Below, piece by piece: positions 61,118 through 64,000 of a stretch of DNA of 64,000 nt. The stretch spans positions 3,040,001-3,104,000 of the forward strand of contig CM075995.1 of the NCBI GenBank assembly GCA_038087875.1, read 5' to 3'. The stretch comes from Malacoraja senta (lineage: Eukaryota). A model generated the notes under the pieces. That model had not been told where the DNA came from. It saw nothing but the letters and a program-made list of their open reading frames with translations, and did no database searches. Position 1 is the stretch's first letter. The number at the start of each line of letters is the position of its first letter. The translations under genes were made by a program, and so were the position numbers.

Positions 61118-64000
61118 GTCTATTGTAGTTTAGAGCTTATTTGAGGTTGTAATGTTTAATAGCCTGAAGGCTGCAGGGAAGAAGCTGTTCCTGAACCTGG
61201 ACGTTACAGTCTTCAGGTTCCTGTGCCTTCTTCCCGATGGGAGTGGTGAAATGTGTGTGTGGCCAGGATGGTGTAGGTCTCTGATGATGTTGCCTGCCTT
61301 TTTGAGGCAACGACTCCGATAAATCCCTTCGATGATGCGGAGGTCAGAGCCGGTGATGGACCGGGCAGTGTTCACAACTTTTTCCAGTCCTGGACATTCA
61401 AGTTGCCGAACCAGGCCATGATATGCTCTCTATGGTACTCCTGTAGAATGTTCAAGAGAATCCTCTCTGACATACCGAATCTCCGTAATCTTCTCAGGAA
61501 GTAGAGGCGTTGATGTGCTTTATTTTTAATTGCATCAGTGTGCTGGGTCCAGGAAAGATCTTTGGAAATATGCACGCCCAGGAATTTGAAGTTTTTGACT
61601 GTCTCCACCCCGTTGATATAAACAGGACAAAAACAGGATCATTACATAAAGCTACAGTTTAGTTTAGTTCAGATTATTGTCACGTGTAGCAAGGTACAGT
61701 GAAAAGCTTTTGTTGCCTGCTATCCAGTCTGCGGAAAGACAATGCATGATTACAATCAAGCCATGTATCATAGACACATGATATAACCATATAACCATTA
61801 TAGCACGGAAACAGGCCATCTCGGCCCTTCAAGTCCGTGCCGAACACTTTTTATATTTTTCCCTTCTTTCTTCTTACTTCCCCCTAGTCCCATCTACCTG
61901 CACTCAGACCATAACCCTCCATTCCTTTCCCATCCATATACCCATCCAATCTATTTTTAAAGGATAAAATCGAACCTGCCTCCACCACTTCCACTGGAAG
62001 CTCATTCCACACAGCTACCACTTTCTGAGTAAAGAAGTTCCCCCTAATGTTACCCCTAAACTTCTGTCCCTTAATTCTCAAGTCATGTCCCCTTGTTTGA
62101 ATCTTCCCTACTCTCAATGGGAAAAGCTTATCCACGTCAACTCTGTCTAACCTGCTCATCATTTTAAAGACCTCTATCAAGTCCCCCCTTAACCTTCTGC
62201 GCTCCAAAGAATAAAGACCTAACTTGTTCAACCTTTCTCTGTAACTTAGTTGCTGAAACCCAGGCAACATTCTAGTAAATCTCCTCTGTACACTCTCTAT
62301 TTTGTTGACATCCTTCCTATAATTAGGCGGCCAAAATTGTACTCCATACTCCAGAATTGGCCTCACCAATGCCTTGTACAATTTTAACATTACATCCCAA
62401 CTTCTATATTCAATGCTCTGATTTATAAAGGCCAGCACACCAAAAGCTTTCTTTACCACCCTATCTACATGAGATTCCACCTTCAGGGAACTATGCACAG
62501 TTATTCCTAGATCCCTCTGTTCAACTGCATTCCTCAATTCGCTACCATTTACCATGTACGTCCTATTTTGATTTGTCCTGCCAAGATGTAGCTCCTCACA
62601 TTTATCAGCATTTAACTCCATCTGCCATCTTTCAGCCCACTCTTCCAAATGGCCTAAATCTCTCTGTAGACTTTGAAAATCTACTTCATTATCGACAACA
62701 CCACCTATCTTAGTATCATCTGCATACTTACTAATCCAATTTTCCACACCATCATCCAGATCATTGATGTACATGACAAACAACAGTGGACCCAACACAG
62801 ACCCCTGAGGCACCCCACTAGTCACCGGCCTCCAACCTGACAAACAGCCATCCACCATTACTCTCTGGCATCTCCCATTCAGCCACTGTTGAATCCATCT
62901 TGCTACTCCACCATTAATACCCAACAATTTAATCTTCTTAACCAACCTTCCATGAGGAACCTTGTCAAAGGCCTTACTGAAGTCCATATAGACAACATCT
63001 ACTGCTTTACCCTCATCAATTTCCCTAGTAACCTCTTCGAAAAATTCAAGAAGATTAGTCAAACATGACCTTCCAGGCACAAATCCATGTTGACTGTTCT
63101 TAATCAGACCCTGTTTATCCAGATGCTTATATATATTATCCCTAAGTATCCTTTCCATTAATTTGCCCACCACTGACGTCAAACTAACAGGTCTATAATT
63201 GCTAGGTTTACTCTTAGAACTCTTTTTAAACAATGGAACTACATGCGCAGTACGCCAATCCTCCGGCACTATTCCCATTTCTAATGACATTTGAAATATT
63301 TCTGTCATAGCCCCTGCTATTTCTACAGTAACTTCCCTCAATGTCCTAGGGAATATCCTGTCAGGACCTGGAGACTTATCCATTTTCATATTTTTCAAAA
63401 GTGTCCACACTTCCTCTTCTTTGAATCTCATAGTTTCCATAGCTACTCTGCTCATTTCCCTTACCTCACATAATTAAATATCCTTCTCCTTGGTGAATAC
63501 CGAAGAAAAGAAATTGTTCAATATCTCCCCCATCTCTTTTGGCTCTGCAGATAGCTGTCCACCCTGACTCTCTAATGGACCAATTGTATTCCTTGTTATC
63601 CTTTTGCTATTAATATAGCTGTAGAAACCCTTTGGGTTTACTTTCACCTTACATGCCAAAGCAACCTCATATCTTCTTTTAGCTTTTCTAATTTCTTTCT
63701 TAAGATTCTTTTTACATTCTTTATACTCCTGCAGCACCTTATTTACTCCATGCTGCCTATAATTATTGTAGATCTCTCTCTTTTTCCGAACCGTGTCCAA
63801 TTTCCCGTGAAAACCATGGCTCTTTCCAATTTTTACTATTTCCTTTCAACCGAACAGGGACATAAAGATTCTGTACTCTTAAAATTTCACCTTTAAATGT
63901 CCTCCATTTCTCTTCTACATCCTTCCCATAAAACAACATGTCCCAATTCACTCCTTTTAAATCCTTTCGCATCTCCTCAAAGTTAGCCAGTCAAAAATCT
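54440..64000 (+). repeat. Second copy of 33120-42639 (Rex1/Babar, SINEs, MITE, short CR1, Helitron stub, CR1 ORF2)
   Basis: Colinear, high identity, same nested insertions and the same CR1 frameshifts; offset about 21.3 kb. Confidence 0.97.
61884..63455 (-). pseudogene. CR1 ORF2 RT part, duplicate copy
   Basis: 523-aa ORF nearly identical to 40523-42094. Confidence 0.95.

Overview
Repeat-dense, apparently non-coding (intergenic or deep intronic) vertebrate DNA. The V-SINE/HE1-like SINEs with CR1 tails, CR1, Rex1/Babar, Penelope and DIRS content suggest a cartilaginous fish, probably a skate or ray (inference). I could not confidently recognise any host-gene exon; the long, recognisable ORFs are transposon-derived. 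Contents: a near full-length Rex1/Babar LINE, a full-length but frameshifted CR1 (zinc-knuckle/esterase ORF1 plus ORF2), a decayed DIRS-like element interrupted by an L1 3' fragment, two convergent non-autonomous Helitrons with internal minisatellites, PIF/Harbinger and hAT MITEs, Penelope GIY-YIG relics, many SINEs, and a 200-N gap followed by a second copy of 33120-42639. The most notable signals are RNA-structural. (1) A 140-bp TSD-flanked retroposon begins exactly at G1 of a minimal HDV-like ribozyme fold and ends in an (AAG)n tail. (2) A twister-ribozyme fold heads an RTE-like 5' leader. (3) Minimal hammerhead motifs sit in a Penelope-derived module that inserts with 13-14 bp TSDs. (4) A TSD-bounded tRNA-Lys(CTT)/CR1 chimera is present. 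(5) A 5.7-kb block splitting one SINE looks like a CR1 3' transduction primed from a second CR1 tail. Boundaries of decayed repeats are approximate, read by eye.
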